NCBI RefSeq assembly: GCF_040797425.1
Contig: NZ_JBFNEH010000002.1
Location: forward strand, 3,341-67,340
Direction: 5' to 3'
DNA length: 64,000 nt
Source of the DNA: Symbiobacterium sp.
GTDB taxonomy: Bacteria; Bacillota; Sulfobacillia; Symbiobacteriales; Symbiobacteriaceae
Shown one piece after another: positions 9,564 to 20,800 of this stretch. Below the pieces are notes generated by a model that was not told the origin of the DNA, ran no database searches, and saw only the letters and a list, made by a program, of their open reading frames with translations. Positions within the stretch are counted from its first letter, which is position 1, and each line of letters starts with the position of its first letter. The position numbers and the translations under genes were made by a program.

Positions 9564-11126
9564 TTGTCGCTCATGCTGCACGTGGACCCTGAACAGGTGA
9601 CCCGGGCCCGGGATCTGGCCCGCCGGATCACCGGGGCGGTGATGCCCTTCATCGAGGCCCACACCACCACGGCCATCGAGCGGGCCGTGGTGCGGCTCTT
9701 CGGTGTGGAAGGAGCCGGGCCGGACGGGGTGCCGCTGCCCAACCTGGTGGTCTCGTCTCTGCAGGAGGGCGGCGGTCTGGGCCGCGGCGCCGCCTTCTGG
9801 CTGGCCAACGGCTGTGCCCGGACAGGCCGCACGCCCCAGGCCCTGGCGGAGGAGGTGGCCGCCGGCCGGCTCGATCTGATGCAGCTGCCGCTGCTTTCCG
9901 AGGCCGAGATCCGGGCCGAGGCGGAGCGGCTCGCCCGCGCCGCCCTGGAGCGCATCCACCGGAACCGCCGGACCCGGGAGGAACTTATCGGCCGCTACGG
10001 CGAGCGGCCGTCGCCCTGGCTGTACGTGATCGTGGCCACGGGCAACATCTATGAAGATGTGGTGCAGGCGCAGAACGCCGCCCGGCAGGGGGCGGACGTG
10101 ATCGCCGTCATCCGCTCCACCGCCCAGTCGCTCCTCGACTACGTGCCCGAGGGGGCGACCACGGAGGGCTTCGGCGGGACGTACGCCACGCAGGAGAACT
10201 TCCGCATCATGCGCCGGGCGCTGGACGAGGTGAGCGAAGAGCTCGGCCGCTACGTGCGGCTGACCAACTACGCCAGCGGCCTCTGTATGCCCGAAATCGC
10301 GGCGTTGGGAGCCCTGGAGCGGCTGGACATGATGCTTTCCGACTCGATGTACGGCATTCTCTTCCGCGACATCAATCCCAAGCGGACGCTCATCGACCAG
10401 CACTTCGCCCGCATGATCCAGGCCGAGGCCGGCATCATCATCAACACCGGGGAGGACAACTACCTCACCACCGCCGACGCCTTCGAGGCGGCGCACACGG
10501 TGCTGGCCTCGCAGTTCATCAACGAGCAGTTTGCCCACCGCTCCGGCATGACCGACGCCCAGATCGGCCTGGGCCACGCCTTCGAGATGGACCCGGAACT
10601 GGAGGACGGCCTCCTCTACCAGATGGCCGACGCCCTGCTCAGCCGGGTCTGCTTCCCGAACGCCCCGCTGAAGTACATGCCGCCCACCCGGTTCATGACG
10701 GGCGACATCTTCATGGGGCACGTGATGGACGCCATGTTCAACCTGACCAGTGTCGCCACGGGGCAGCAGATCCACCTGGTGGGGGTCCTCACCGAGGCGA
10801 TCCACACGCCGTACCTGCACGACCGGTTCCTGGCCCTCGAGAACGCCCGCTACATTTTCAACAACGCCCGCCACTTCGCCGCGGAGTTCCAGCTGGTGCC
10901 GGGCGGGCGCATCGAGCGGCGTGCGGCCGACGTGCTGGCCCGGGCGGTGGCACTCCTCGAGTCCATCGCCGAGACGGGGCTGCTGCAGGCCATCGCAGCC
11001 GGCGTCTTCGCCGGTATCCGCCGGCCGCCGGAGGGCGGCAAGGGGCTCGACGGCGTGTTGCCCCGGAGCGAGGACTACCTGAACCCCTTCTACGACCTCT
11101 GCCGGAAAGGGGGCGGTGCGGCATGA
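9564..11126 (+). CDS. kamD: D-lysine/beta-lysine 5,6-aminomutase alpha subunit
   Basis: Long stretches typical of KamD: YVIVATGNIYEDV, GATTEGFGGTYATQENFRIMR, GIIINTGEDNYLTTADAFEAAHTVLASQFINEQFA. TTG start lies 7 nt after GGAGGG. Confidence 0.9.
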   Translation: MSLMLHVDPEQVTRARDLARRITGAVMPFIEAHTTTAIERAVVRLFGVEGAGPDGVPLPNLVVSSLQEGGGLGRGAAFWLANGCARTGRTPQALAEEVAAGRLDLMQLPLLSEAEIRAEAERLARAALERIHRNRRTREELIGRYGERPSPWLYVIVATGNIYEDVVQAQNAARQGADVIAVIRSTAQSLLDYVPEGATTEGFGGTYATQENFRIMRRALDEVSEELGRYVRLTNYASGLCMPEIAALGALERLDMMLSDSMYGILFRDINPKRTLIDQHFARMIQAEAGIIINTGEDNYLTTADAFEAAHTVLASQFINEQFAHRSGMTDAQIGLGHAFEMDPELEDGLLYQMADALLSRVCFPNAPLKYMPPTRFMTGDIFMGHVMDAMFNLTSVATGQQIHLVGVLTEAIHTPYLHDRFLALENARYIFNNARHFAAEFQLVPGGRIERRAADVLARAVALLESIAETGLLQAIAAGVFAGIRRPPEGGKGLDGVLPRSEDYLNPFYDLCRKGGGAA

Positions 11127-11884
11127 GCCGGGTGATCCTGCCTTACGGTGACACGACGGGCGACGGCGCCGTACAGCTCTCCTTCACCCTGCCGGTGGCG
11201 GCGGGCCCCGCAGCCCGGGAGGCGGCGCGGCAGATCTGCCTCAGGATGAACCTGGAGAACCCGCAGGTGGTGGCCATGCGCGACCTCGGCGGGGGCTACA
11301 CCTTCTTCATCGTGTACGCCCGGGCCACGCAGGGCGTGGACCTGGACGAGCTCCGCGTGCCCGAGGCCCGGGTGCCGAACTGGTCCCGGGAGGAAGTCGA
11401 CCGCATCGTGGCGGAGCGGATCGGCCGGCCGATCCGGGTCGTCGGGGCCTGCACGGGCACCGATGCGCACACGGTGGGGCTCGACGCGATCCTCAACATG
11501 AAGGGCTACCGCGGCGACTACGGTCTGGAGCGTTACCAGGGATTCCGGGTGTGGAACCTGGGCAGCCAGGTGCCCAACGAGACGCTGGTGGCCAGGGCGC
11601 AGGCGGTGGAGGCGGACGCGATCCTGGTGAGCCAGGTGGTCACGCAGAAGAACGTTCACCTCGCCAACCTGACCGAGCTGGTGGACCTGCTGGAGGCCGA
11701 GGGGATGCGGGAGCGGGTGGTGCTGGTCTGCGGCGGCCCGCGCATCACCCATGAGTTGGCGGTGGAGCTGGGCTACGACGCCGGCTTCGGCCCGGGCACC
11801 CTGCCCTCGCAGGTGGCGGCCTTCATCGTGCAGACCCTGCTGGAGCGGGCGGATGGCCCGGACGGGACGGCCGGAAGACGCTGA
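11123..11884 (+). CDS. kamE: D-lysine/beta-lysine 5,6-aminomutase beta subunit (B12-binding)
   Basis: Overlaps the kamD stop by 4 nt. Cobalamin-binding DxHxxG motif (GTDAHTVGLDAI) in a Rossmann-like C-terminal domain. Confidence 0.9.
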   Translation: MSRVILPYGDTTGDGAVQLSFTLPVAAGPAAREAARQICLRMNLENPQVVAMRDLGGGYTFFIVYARATQGVDLDELRVPEARVPNWSREEVDRIVAERIGRPIRVVGACTGTDAHTVGLDAILNMKGYRGDYGLERYQGFRVWNLGSQVPNETLVARAQAVEADAILVSQVVTQKNVHLANLTELVDLLEAEGMRERVVLVCGGPRITHELAVELGYDAGFGPGTLPSQVAAFIVQTLLERADGPDGTAGRR

Positions 11885-11973
11885 CTGCGGGGAGAGAAGC
11901 CGGGGACACGGAATCGGACGGCCGGAACCGCAGAAGGGATCGAGCCCGCCGCGGCCGCCCCGCTGAAGCAGAT

Positions 11974-12010
11974 CCCGCCCTCGCGGGAAGGGCGGGGTCT
12001 GCCGTTTTTT
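11974..12010 (+). terminator. Rho-independent terminator after kamE
   Basis: Stem CCCGCCC / GGGCGGG followed by GTCTGCCGTTTTTT. Confidence 0.6.
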
Positions 12011-12053
12011 CCGGGTATCCGCGGGCGGGTGCGCTGCATAGGTTGACAGGGTC

Positions 12054-12082
12054 TTGACGGATTGCCGCGCGCGGGCTAAATT
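12054..12082 (+). promoter_or_regulatory. Candidate sigma-A promoter for rpoE
   Basis: TTGACG-17 nt-TAAATT. A second TTGACA lies 11 nt upstream at 12043. Confidence 0.35.
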
Positions 12083-12219
12083 CGCCTTCGGACACCGCCC
12101 GTGGCAGCAGGAATCCGCGCGCGGTGGTCGAAAGTGTTTTCGGTTTTTCCGGCGGCCGACGGGTCGGCCCGTGGACCTGTGGCTGCCCATCGGGGCAGAT
12201 GGACAGACAGGGAGTGTAG

Positions 12220-12663
12220 ATGAAGATGGGAGCGCCTATGGACCTGAAGCCTGACATGTCGGTGACCGACCTGGCTTATACCATTCTGAAGAAGCATGGC
12301 AAGCCGATGCATTTCAAGCAGCTCATCAGCGAGGTCATGCAGGTGAAAGCCATCCACCAGGAGAATCCCGGCCGCCTGATCGCGCAGATGCACACCGAGA
12401 TCAACCTCGATTCGCGCTTCATCCACCAGGGAGGCGGCGAGTGGGGGCTCCGGGAGTGGCAGCCGAAGTCGGCCAAGGTGCGCACGCGCCCGGAGAGCGG
12501 CCAGGATGCTGACGAGGCCGTTCTCGACGAGGATGAGCTGGACCTGGTTGGGGAAGAAGAAGAGGAGGACGAGGAACTGGAGGACGAACTGGAGGACGAG
12601 TTCGGGCTGGAGGACGAGGAGGAGGAAGACCTCTCGGACGACGAGTTCGACGAAGACCGCTGA
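12220..12663 (+). CDS. rpoE: DNA-directed RNA polymerase delta subunit
   Basis: HARE-HTH N-terminal domain (DLAYTILKKHGKPMHFKQLISEVM) plus a poly-acidic C-terminal tail (EEEEDEELEDELEDEFGLEDEEEED). Located directly upstream of pyrG as in Bacillus. An alternative ATG is at 12238. Confidence 0.85.
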   Translation: MKMGAPMDLKPDMSVTDLAYTILKKHGKPMHFKQLISEVMQVKAIHQENPGRLIAQMHTEINLDSRFIHQGGGEWGLREWQPKSAKVRTRPESGQDADEAVLDEDELDLVGEEEEEDEELEDELEDEFGLEDEEEEDLSDDEFDEDR

Positions 12664-12679
12664 TGCGGTCTCCCCTGCC

Positions 12680-14394
<1,715 letters not shown>

Positions 14395-14401
14395 TGACCA
14401 A

Positions 14402-14887
14402 TCATACAACGGGCCTGTGCAGCCAGAGCGGCGCACAGGTCCTGTTCTTTTTGTCCCGGGTTTCCAGGCCGAAGAGCCGGCGCTCGTGTTCCAGGAGCAC
14501 GTGGTCCCGGTGGGCCACGATGCGTTCCATGCGGTTGAGCTTGTCGCGTACTTCCCGGCGGAACTCCTGCAAATCGGGATGCACCTGGGCCAGTCCTTCT
14601 TCCACCCGGGTGACGCGTTCCTCGACACCCGCGAGCCGTTCTCCCACATTCGTCAGGCGTTCCTCGACGCTCGTGAGCTGTTCTCCCACATTCGTCAGGC
14701 GTTCCTCGACGCTCGTGAGCTGTTTCTCCACGTTCGTCAGGCGTTCCCCCACGCCCGTGAACCGATCCGCCACCCCCGTCAGTGGTTCTTCCAGTCGGTG
14801 TTGGCCTTCCTCAAGGCGTGCTACGCGCTCGGCCAGACCGGCCTGACCCCGTTCCAGTGCCTTCAGCCGCGCAACCACCTCCTGCAT
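14402..14887 (-). CDS. Heptad-repeat coiled-coil protein of unknown function
   Basis: Run of E-x-L-T-x-V-E heptads (ERLTNVEKQLTSVEERLTNVGEQLTSVEERLTNVGERLAGVEERVTRVEEGL). Start set at ATG 14887 (MQEVVARLKALE) with no convincing RBS; the tracked ORF extends to 15073. Confidence 0.5.
   Translation of the reverse strand: MQEVVARLKALERGQAGLAERVARLEEGQHRLEEPLTGVADRFTGVGERLTNVEKQLTSVEERLTNVGEQLTSVEERLTNVGERLAGVEERVTRVEEGLAQVHPDLQEFRREVRDKLNRMERIVAHRDHVLLEHERRLFGLETRDKKNRTCAPLWLHRPVV
14411..14452 (+). terminator. pyrG terminator
   Basis: Stem GGGCCTGTGC / GCACAGGTCC followed by TGTTCTTTTT. It overlaps the last codons of the convergent minus-strand ORF. Confidence 0.6.
14639..14722. repeat. Perfect 42-bp tandem duplication (2 copies) inside the coiled-coil gene
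   Basis: TTCTCCCACATTCGTCAGGCGTTCCTCGACGCTCGTGAGCTG occurs at 14639-14680 and again at 14681-14722, flanked by degenerate copies. Each unit encodes two heptads. Confidence 0.9.
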
Positions 14888-15142
14888 CAGTCCGAAGAGC
14901 GCCTGGTATTCTCGCGGTCCACGTCTCACGCCCTCGCTTGCCGCTAGCCTTCCCCGCGGCTGGCTCCCATTATATCCCAGCCGAACATCTGTTGCAATAC
15001 TGTTTGCGCAACTGGCGAACACTGACATGGGTGCCGTTTCGCGCGCATCCGAACACCTGGCAGGGATTCGCACAATCCTCGCAGTATTGAGGACTCAACA
15101 GTCTGGCGGCGGCCGCCGGGCCCCGCACCAGGGGGGAGGCCC

Positions 15143-16468
15143 GTGAAGGAGTACATCTTCCGCGATCCGATCCACGGCAACATCGCCGTGACCGACGAGA
15201 TCATCTTCAAACTCATCCAGAGCCCGGAGTTTCAGCGGCTCCGGCGCATCCGGCAGCTGGGCACCTCCTTCATCTCCTACCCCGGGGCGGAGCACACCCG
15301 GTTCGCCCACTCCCTGGGCGTCTACCACCTGATGAATCGGGTGCTGCGCCACCTGGTGGAGCACGGGGTGGAGATCGACCCCGACGAGCGGGCGCTGGCG
15401 TGTGCCGCGGCCCTGCTGCACGACATCGGCCACGGCCCCTTTTCCCACCTGTTTGAGCGGGTGACGGGCTCCCGGCACGAGGAGTGGGTGGCTTGCATCA
15501 TCGCCAGCCCCGATTCCAGCATCTCCCACATCCTCGCCGAGAGGAATGCGGCCTGGCCGGTGCGTATTGCCTCCTTGATTAGCGGAACCTGGGAGGGGCG
15601 GCCCTTCCTGAAGGAGCTGATCGCCAGCCAGCTGGACGTGGACCGCATGGACTACCTCCTGCGGGACAGCCGCATGTGCGGCGTGACCTACGGCCAGTTC
15701 GACCTGGAGCGGCTGATCCAGACCCTCACGGTGGTGGACGGCCACGTCGTCCTCACCGACAAGGGCATTACCTCGGCCGAGGAGTTCCTCCTGGCTCGGT
15801 ATTTTATGTACTGGAACGTCTACTTCCATAAGGCGACCCGCTCCAGCGAGACGCTGCTGGAGCTGGCCGTGCGCCGGGCCGTGGCGCTGGTGCAGGGCGG
15901 CGCAAAGGCCGACCTGGGCTTCCTGCCGCCGGCGCTGGAGCCGGTGCTGAGCGGCGAGCCGCTTAGCCTGGCCCAGTACGTGGCCCTGGACGAGACCGAC
16001 GTGCTCTACGCGGTGAAGCGCTGGACGGAGGCGCCCGACCCGGTCCTCGCCGACCTGAGCCGGCGCTTCCTCCACCGGCGGCTGCTGGCCGGCATTCGGC
16101 TGGAGGAGCCCCTCAGCGCCCCCCGGGAGGAGGCGGTGCGGGAGGCGCTCCGGGCCGCCGGGTTCGAGCCTGACTATTACTACCGCATCGACCGGGCCGC
16201 GAGCGTCGCCTATCAGTACTACGTGCGGCCCGACCAGGGCTCCACGGCCCCGATCCAGATCCTCCTCTCCCGCACCGATCCGCCCGAACTCCGGGAGGTG
16301 ACGGCGGTGTCGGAGGTAATCCGGGGGATCGCGGCCCAGCCGGTGGCCCGCTGCTACCTCTTCGTGCCGCGGGAGGCGGCCGCCGGGGTGCGCCGGGCCC
16401 TGCTTGAAAGCGGAACACCATCCAGTTCTCTGACTCGGGGCGAGGAAGAAAGCGGTGATCGCCTGTAA
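15143..16468 (+). CDS. HD-domain phosphohydrolase (SAMHD1/YwfO-like dNTP triphosphohydrolase family)
   Basis: IFRDPIHGNI, QLGTSFISYPGAEHTRFAHSLGV, LLHDIGHGPFSH, DVDRMDYLLRDS. GTG start follows GGGGGAGG. Confidence 0.85.
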   Translation: MKEYIFRDPIHGNIAVTDEIIFKLIQSPEFQRLRRIRQLGTSFISYPGAEHTRFAHSLGVYHLMNRVLRHLVEHGVEIDPDERALACAAALLHDIGHGPFSHLFERVTGSRHEEWVACIIASPDSSISHILAERNAAWPVRIASLISGTWEGRPFLKELIASQLDVDRMDYLLRDSRMCGVTYGQFDLERLIQTLTVVDGHVVLTDKGITSAEEFLLARYFMYWNVYFHKATRSSETLLELAVRRAVALVQGGAKADLGFLPPALEPVLSGEPLSLAQYVALDETDVLYAVKRWTEAPDPVLADLSRRFLHRRLLAGIRLEEPLSAPREEAVREALRAAGFEPDYYYRIDRAASVAYQYYVRPDQGSTAPIQILLSRTDPPELREVTAVSEVIRGIAAQPVARCYLFVPREAAAGVRRALLESGTPSSSLTRGEEESGDRL

Positions 16469-16495
16469 CTGCGGGTTGGAGCGCTATGACGGGGA

Positions 16496-16535
16496 ACCGG
16501 GCGAACGTGCCGTGTGGCACGGTCCGCCCGGTTTT
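16496..16535 (+). terminator. Terminator after the HD-domain gene
   Basis: Nested stem ACCGGGCG..GTGCC-gtgt-GGCAC..CGCCCGGT followed by TTTT. Confidence 0.65.
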
Positions 16536-16618
16536 CGTATGCTGGCCAGTAACCGTGGTATGGAAGGGGCGGCATCGGCCAAAGCTAGGAGCAGGGTGAC
16601 TAATGAGGAGGGACCCAG

Positions 16619-17410
16619 TTGAGATCGGTCATCTTTATGGATTACGAGAACATCTACTGGAGCATGAAGCAGCAGTACGGCGTGGCGCCCGACCTGGACC
16701 GGCTGATTACGAGCCTGCGGGAGATGGGGGAGCGGTCCGACGGGCAGGTCTGCCTGATGCAGGCGTACGCAGACTTCGACCACGAGGAGTTCCGGGGGCT
16801 GATGAGCGACCTGCAAAGGCGCAGCGTGGAGCCCCGGCATGTCTTCTCGAAGAACTACGAGGACGGCACCCGCAAGAACGCGGCGGATATCGAGATGAGC
16901 CTCGATGCGCTGGAGTTGATGTACACACGGGATGACATCGACACGTTCGTGCTGGTCTGCGGCGACCGGGACATGATCCAGGTCATCCGGAAGCTCAGGG
17001 CCCGGGGCAAGTACGTCCACGTGGTGGCCGTGGAGAAGACGATGAGCAAGGATGTGATGTCCTTCGTCAACCAGTTCACCACCATCGAGTCGCTCCTGGG
17101 CATGCTGCCGCCGGCGATGCACGACATGGAGATGATGATCCGCAAGCTCGACAGCGCCGAGTACGGCAAGCCGTTTGTGGGCCTGAAGTACTTCCTGCGG
17201 GTGCTGGCGGGTTCCGACATCGTGGACCGGAAGACGTACGAGCTCGTGAACCAGGCGATCGCGGAGGGGATCATCGACACCTACAAGGTGCCCAACCCGA
17301 AGGACGAGCTCTTCCCCACCACCGCCTGCCGGCTGAACCGGGAGCACGAGCTGGTGAAGCGGGTGCTGGGCACGGGCCAGAAGGGCCAGCCCGGCACGGT
17401 GACGGCCTAG
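16619..17410 (+). CDS. NYN-domain (LabA/DUF88-like) putative RNase with a C-terminal helical extension
   Basis: VIFMDYENIY and FVLVCGDRDMIQVIRKLRARGKYVHVV are typical of NYN/LabA. TTG start follows GAGGAGGG. Confidence 0.8.
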   Translation: MRSVIFMDYENIYWSMKQQYGVAPDLDRLITSLREMGERSDGQVCLMQAYADFDHEEFRGLMSDLQRRSVEPRHVFSKNYEDGTRKNAADIEMSLDALELMYTRDDIDTFVLVCGDRDMIQVIRKLRARGKYVHVVAVEKTMSKDVMSFVNQFTTIESLLGMLPPAMHDMEMMIRKLDSAEYGKPFVGLKYFLRVLAGSDIVDRKTYELVNQAIAEGIIDTYKVPNPKDELFPTTACRLNREHELVKRVLGTGQKGQPGTVTA

Positions 17411-17428
17411 CAGAAGGGCGCAACAATG

Positions 17429-17460
17429 GGAAACACCGCCCCGCACGGGGCGGTGTTTCC
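17429..17460 (+). terminator. Perfect 14-bp hairpin after the NYN gene
   Basis: GGAAACACCGCCCC-gcac-GGGGCGGTGTTTCC. There is no clear U tract beyond the stem. Confidence 0.5.
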
Positions 17461-17860
17461 GCGCGCCCAGGGATTTACTCCAGTTTTCGCGCGGATTCGC
17501 GGAACAAATCGGTCTGTCCGGCGTCTATTTCTGTGCGACCCTGAACAAGGGGAGCAAGGCGACAAAAAACGCGCGGAAAGCGGGAACAATGCCGCCCCGA
17601 ATGTCGTCTCTAAACCTGTCGGTCGGCTGCCACGAGTCCCACCCCGTGGAAGGGGAACGGCCAAACACTGCTAATGTACGCGCGAGAAGGAATTGCGCTC
17701 TGCGGGCCGAACCTAGTTTACTCGGCGGACAGGTTCCGCCGCCTCACCCCGAATGGTCTTACGGGGGCGAGCCCCAGCCAAGGTTGCAAAGCTTCCTCAT
17801 GTTCACCGCTCGTGAGGAAGGTAGCTTATAGGATCCTTAGACGAAGGAGGCTACTAGAGA

Positions 17861-20800
17861 ATGGGCTTGATGAAGAAGCTGACGTCCGCTGTCGTGGCGT
17901 CCAGCCTCGTTCTGGGCCTGTTTGGCACCGCCCTCGCCGCCCCGACGGCTGAGGAAGCCAACGCGGCCTACGAACGGCTGAACTACTACGGCATCGCGGA
18001 GGGCATCCTGCGTGAGGATGGCACCAAAGATCCCGCGCTGGATGAGACCCTGACCCGGGTCCAGATGGTGGCCCTGCTGGTCAAGGCTTTCGGCCTGAAG
18101 GAGTCTGCCCAGTACATGGCCGGCGCCCAGACCTTCAGCGATGTGCCCGCCAACCACTGGGCCAGCGGCTATCTGGCCATCGCCAAGAACATCGCCGAGA
18201 AGAACGGCAACGTGATCGGCTATCCCGATGGCACCTTCGGCCCGGAGAACCAGGTTACCGCCATCGAGGTCCTGGGCTTCGCCCTGAAGTTCCTCGGGAT
18301 CCCGGTCAGCGGCGGCGCTAACTGGAAGGACAACATGATCGCCGCTGCTAAGGACGCTGGCGTGCTCACCGACGCCGACGTCGAGAAGTATCTGTCGAAC
18401 CCGGACGAGGTTGCCACCCGCGGTCTGGCGTTCGCCATGGCCGATGCCATCTTCTACAACTACAAGGGCGCTGACGGCAAGTCGGTCTACACCCGGATCG
18501 ACACCGAGGTCCCGTCGGTGACGCTCGGTGAGGTTCCCGCCACCACGAACAAGGCCTCCATCGAGATCACCGGTACCGTCTCCGGCGACTACATTGAGGT
18601 CTATGTCGGCTCCGACAAGGTCACCGTCAACCCGGACGGCACCTTCGCCCATGCGGTGGCGCTGAAAGTCGGCTCCAACAGCATCGAGGTCACCGCTAAG
18701 GACCGGGCCGGCAACGTTGGCTCCGCCAAGGCTGTTGTCGAGCGGGTCCCGGGCGAGGCCGCCAAGATCCAGATCACCGCTCCTGAGGGCGGCGTGGCTG
18801 CTGGCTCTACCATCGACCTGCCCGTGGCCATCGTCGACGCTGAGGGCGCGAACACCGGCATCACCGACTTCAAGGTTGACGCCGGCGAGGCCGGCACCTG
18901 GGCCGACGGCAAGCTGACCGCTGGCACCAAGGCTGGCAAGTACACCATCACCGTCACCTACGAGGGCCTCGAGCCTGCCACCGCCGAGATCGAGATCGTG
19001 GCTGGCCCGCTGGCCAAGGTTGAGGCTGAGACCAAGTCCGTCAAGCCCGGCACCGCCGTCAAGCTGATCGGCGTTGACCAGTACGGCAACAAGGTCGAGG
19101 GCGTCACCTTCGCTGAGGCTGAGGACTACGCCGAGGCCTTCATCGAGGGCGACCAGTTCATCGCCACCAAGCCTGGCACCTACAAGGTCGTCGGCACCAA
19201 GGGCGAGGGCGAGGCGGCCGTCACCGCTGAGGGCACCGTCTCCGTCTTCGGTGACCATGCCAGCTTCGACATCGCTGTCGACGGCGAGCTGGTTGCCAAC
19301 GGCGCTACTGAGTACACCGTGACCGTTACCGCCGTTGACAAGGACGGCAACGCTGTCACCGACTTCGAGGACACCGTGACCCTCGAGACTAACCTCGAGT
19401 TCGCGAAGGACCAGAGCCCTCAGGTTAAGGCTAAGGATGGCGTAGCCACCTTTAAGGTGATCGTGCCCGAGGGCATGGAGGGCCTTGAGGCTGAGTTCAC
19501 TGCCAAGTACCAGAAGGACGAGAAGTCTGACGTTATCGAGGCCTCCGAGACTTTCGAGGTCAAGGCTCAGGTGGCCACCAAGCTCGAGCTGGAGGCCGAT
19601 AAGTACCTGGCCATCAACGTCGACTCCGCGTTCAGCGGCAAGGTCAAGGTCCTCGACCAGATGGGCGAGAAGATGCTGACCGGCGATTCCGTCGAGGTGA
19701 CGCTGACCATCACCGGTCCGGCGTACTTCGAGGACACCGACGACAAGGAGATCGTCGTTGACGTCGGCGGCGAGCTGCCCTTCGTGATCGAGCCGGTCGA
19801 CCGTTACACTGACGGCACCGTCACCATCACCGCCACCGCTGAGGGCCTGACCAGCGATTCTGTCGAGGTCATCGCAGCGTACGCGATGGATCCGAAGAAC
19901 GTCGTCTTCAAGGCTGTCAGCAGCGAGGCTCAGGTGGCGGGCACTTGGGACTACAACGACGAGGCCGGTGACGGCAAGAAGTACGACTTCAGCAAGGGCA
20001 ACGGCAAGGCCTTCGAGTTCGAGATCCGCCTGAGCGACAAGAACGGTGTCCCCGTCGCCGCTGACAAGGCGTACGACCTGGAGCTGGTCTTCGATAGCGA
20101 CAAGGCCAAGGACGAGCTTGCTGTCTCCGTCGACGGCGAGAACTGGTACGGCCCGGACAAGGACGGCAAGGTGAAGTTCCCGAGCGCCTTCAAGAACGCT
20201 GGTCAGGCGAGCGTCAAGGTCCAGGTCAAGGCCAAGAAGCTGACCGGTGACATCAAGGTCACGGCTAACATCAAGGATCTGACCTCGGCCACGGGTACGG
20301 TCTCGTTCAAGGCCAACGAGATCGACACGGCCGTATTCGATCCGGCTAACGTCTACGTCCTGGCGAACGAGGAGTTCCCGCTCACTCTGGTCGTCAAGGA
20401 CGAGGCGGGCAACGTCGTGCCGAAGGCCGGGCTCAAGGTTCAGGTCTGGGCGGTTGGCGCCGACCAGTACGTGAAGCTGGATGGCAAGAACCGGTCCGAC
20501 AAGTCGCCGCTGGAGGTTACCACTGGCGAGGATGGCAAGGCCACGATCAAGGCTCTGGCCCTTTCCTACCTCAAGACCTACACCATCAAGGCTAATGTCC
20601 TGGATGGCGACACCGAGCTTGTCAAGGACGTTGAGGCCAAGGTCAATGTGGCCAGCTCTGTGGCCAAGTCCATCAGTGTCACTACGTGGACCTACAGCGA
20701 CGAGGGTGGCTGGAAGCGGGTCTCCTCGGTCGACGCCGGCACTCCGTTCTGGGTCTTCGCCCAGGTGACGGACAACAACGGCATCAAGCTCACCGACAGC

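Noticed and set aside
12530-12660. Repetitive GAGGAC/GAGGAA DNA at the 3' end of rpoE, considered as a microsatellite or repeat element.
   Set aside because: It simply encodes the poly-acidic tail characteristic of the RNA polymerase delta subunit. The repeats are imperfect and in frame.
14402-17410. The coiled-coil protein, SAMHD1-like HD phosphohydrolase and NYN RNase together as a possible anti-phage defence island (dNTP depletion plus RNase).
   Set aside because: The three genes are on different strands or separated by strong terminators. The HD protein looks like the housekeeping YwfO/YdhJ type. There are no mobile-element or other defence genes nearby, and nothing in the sequence links them functionally.
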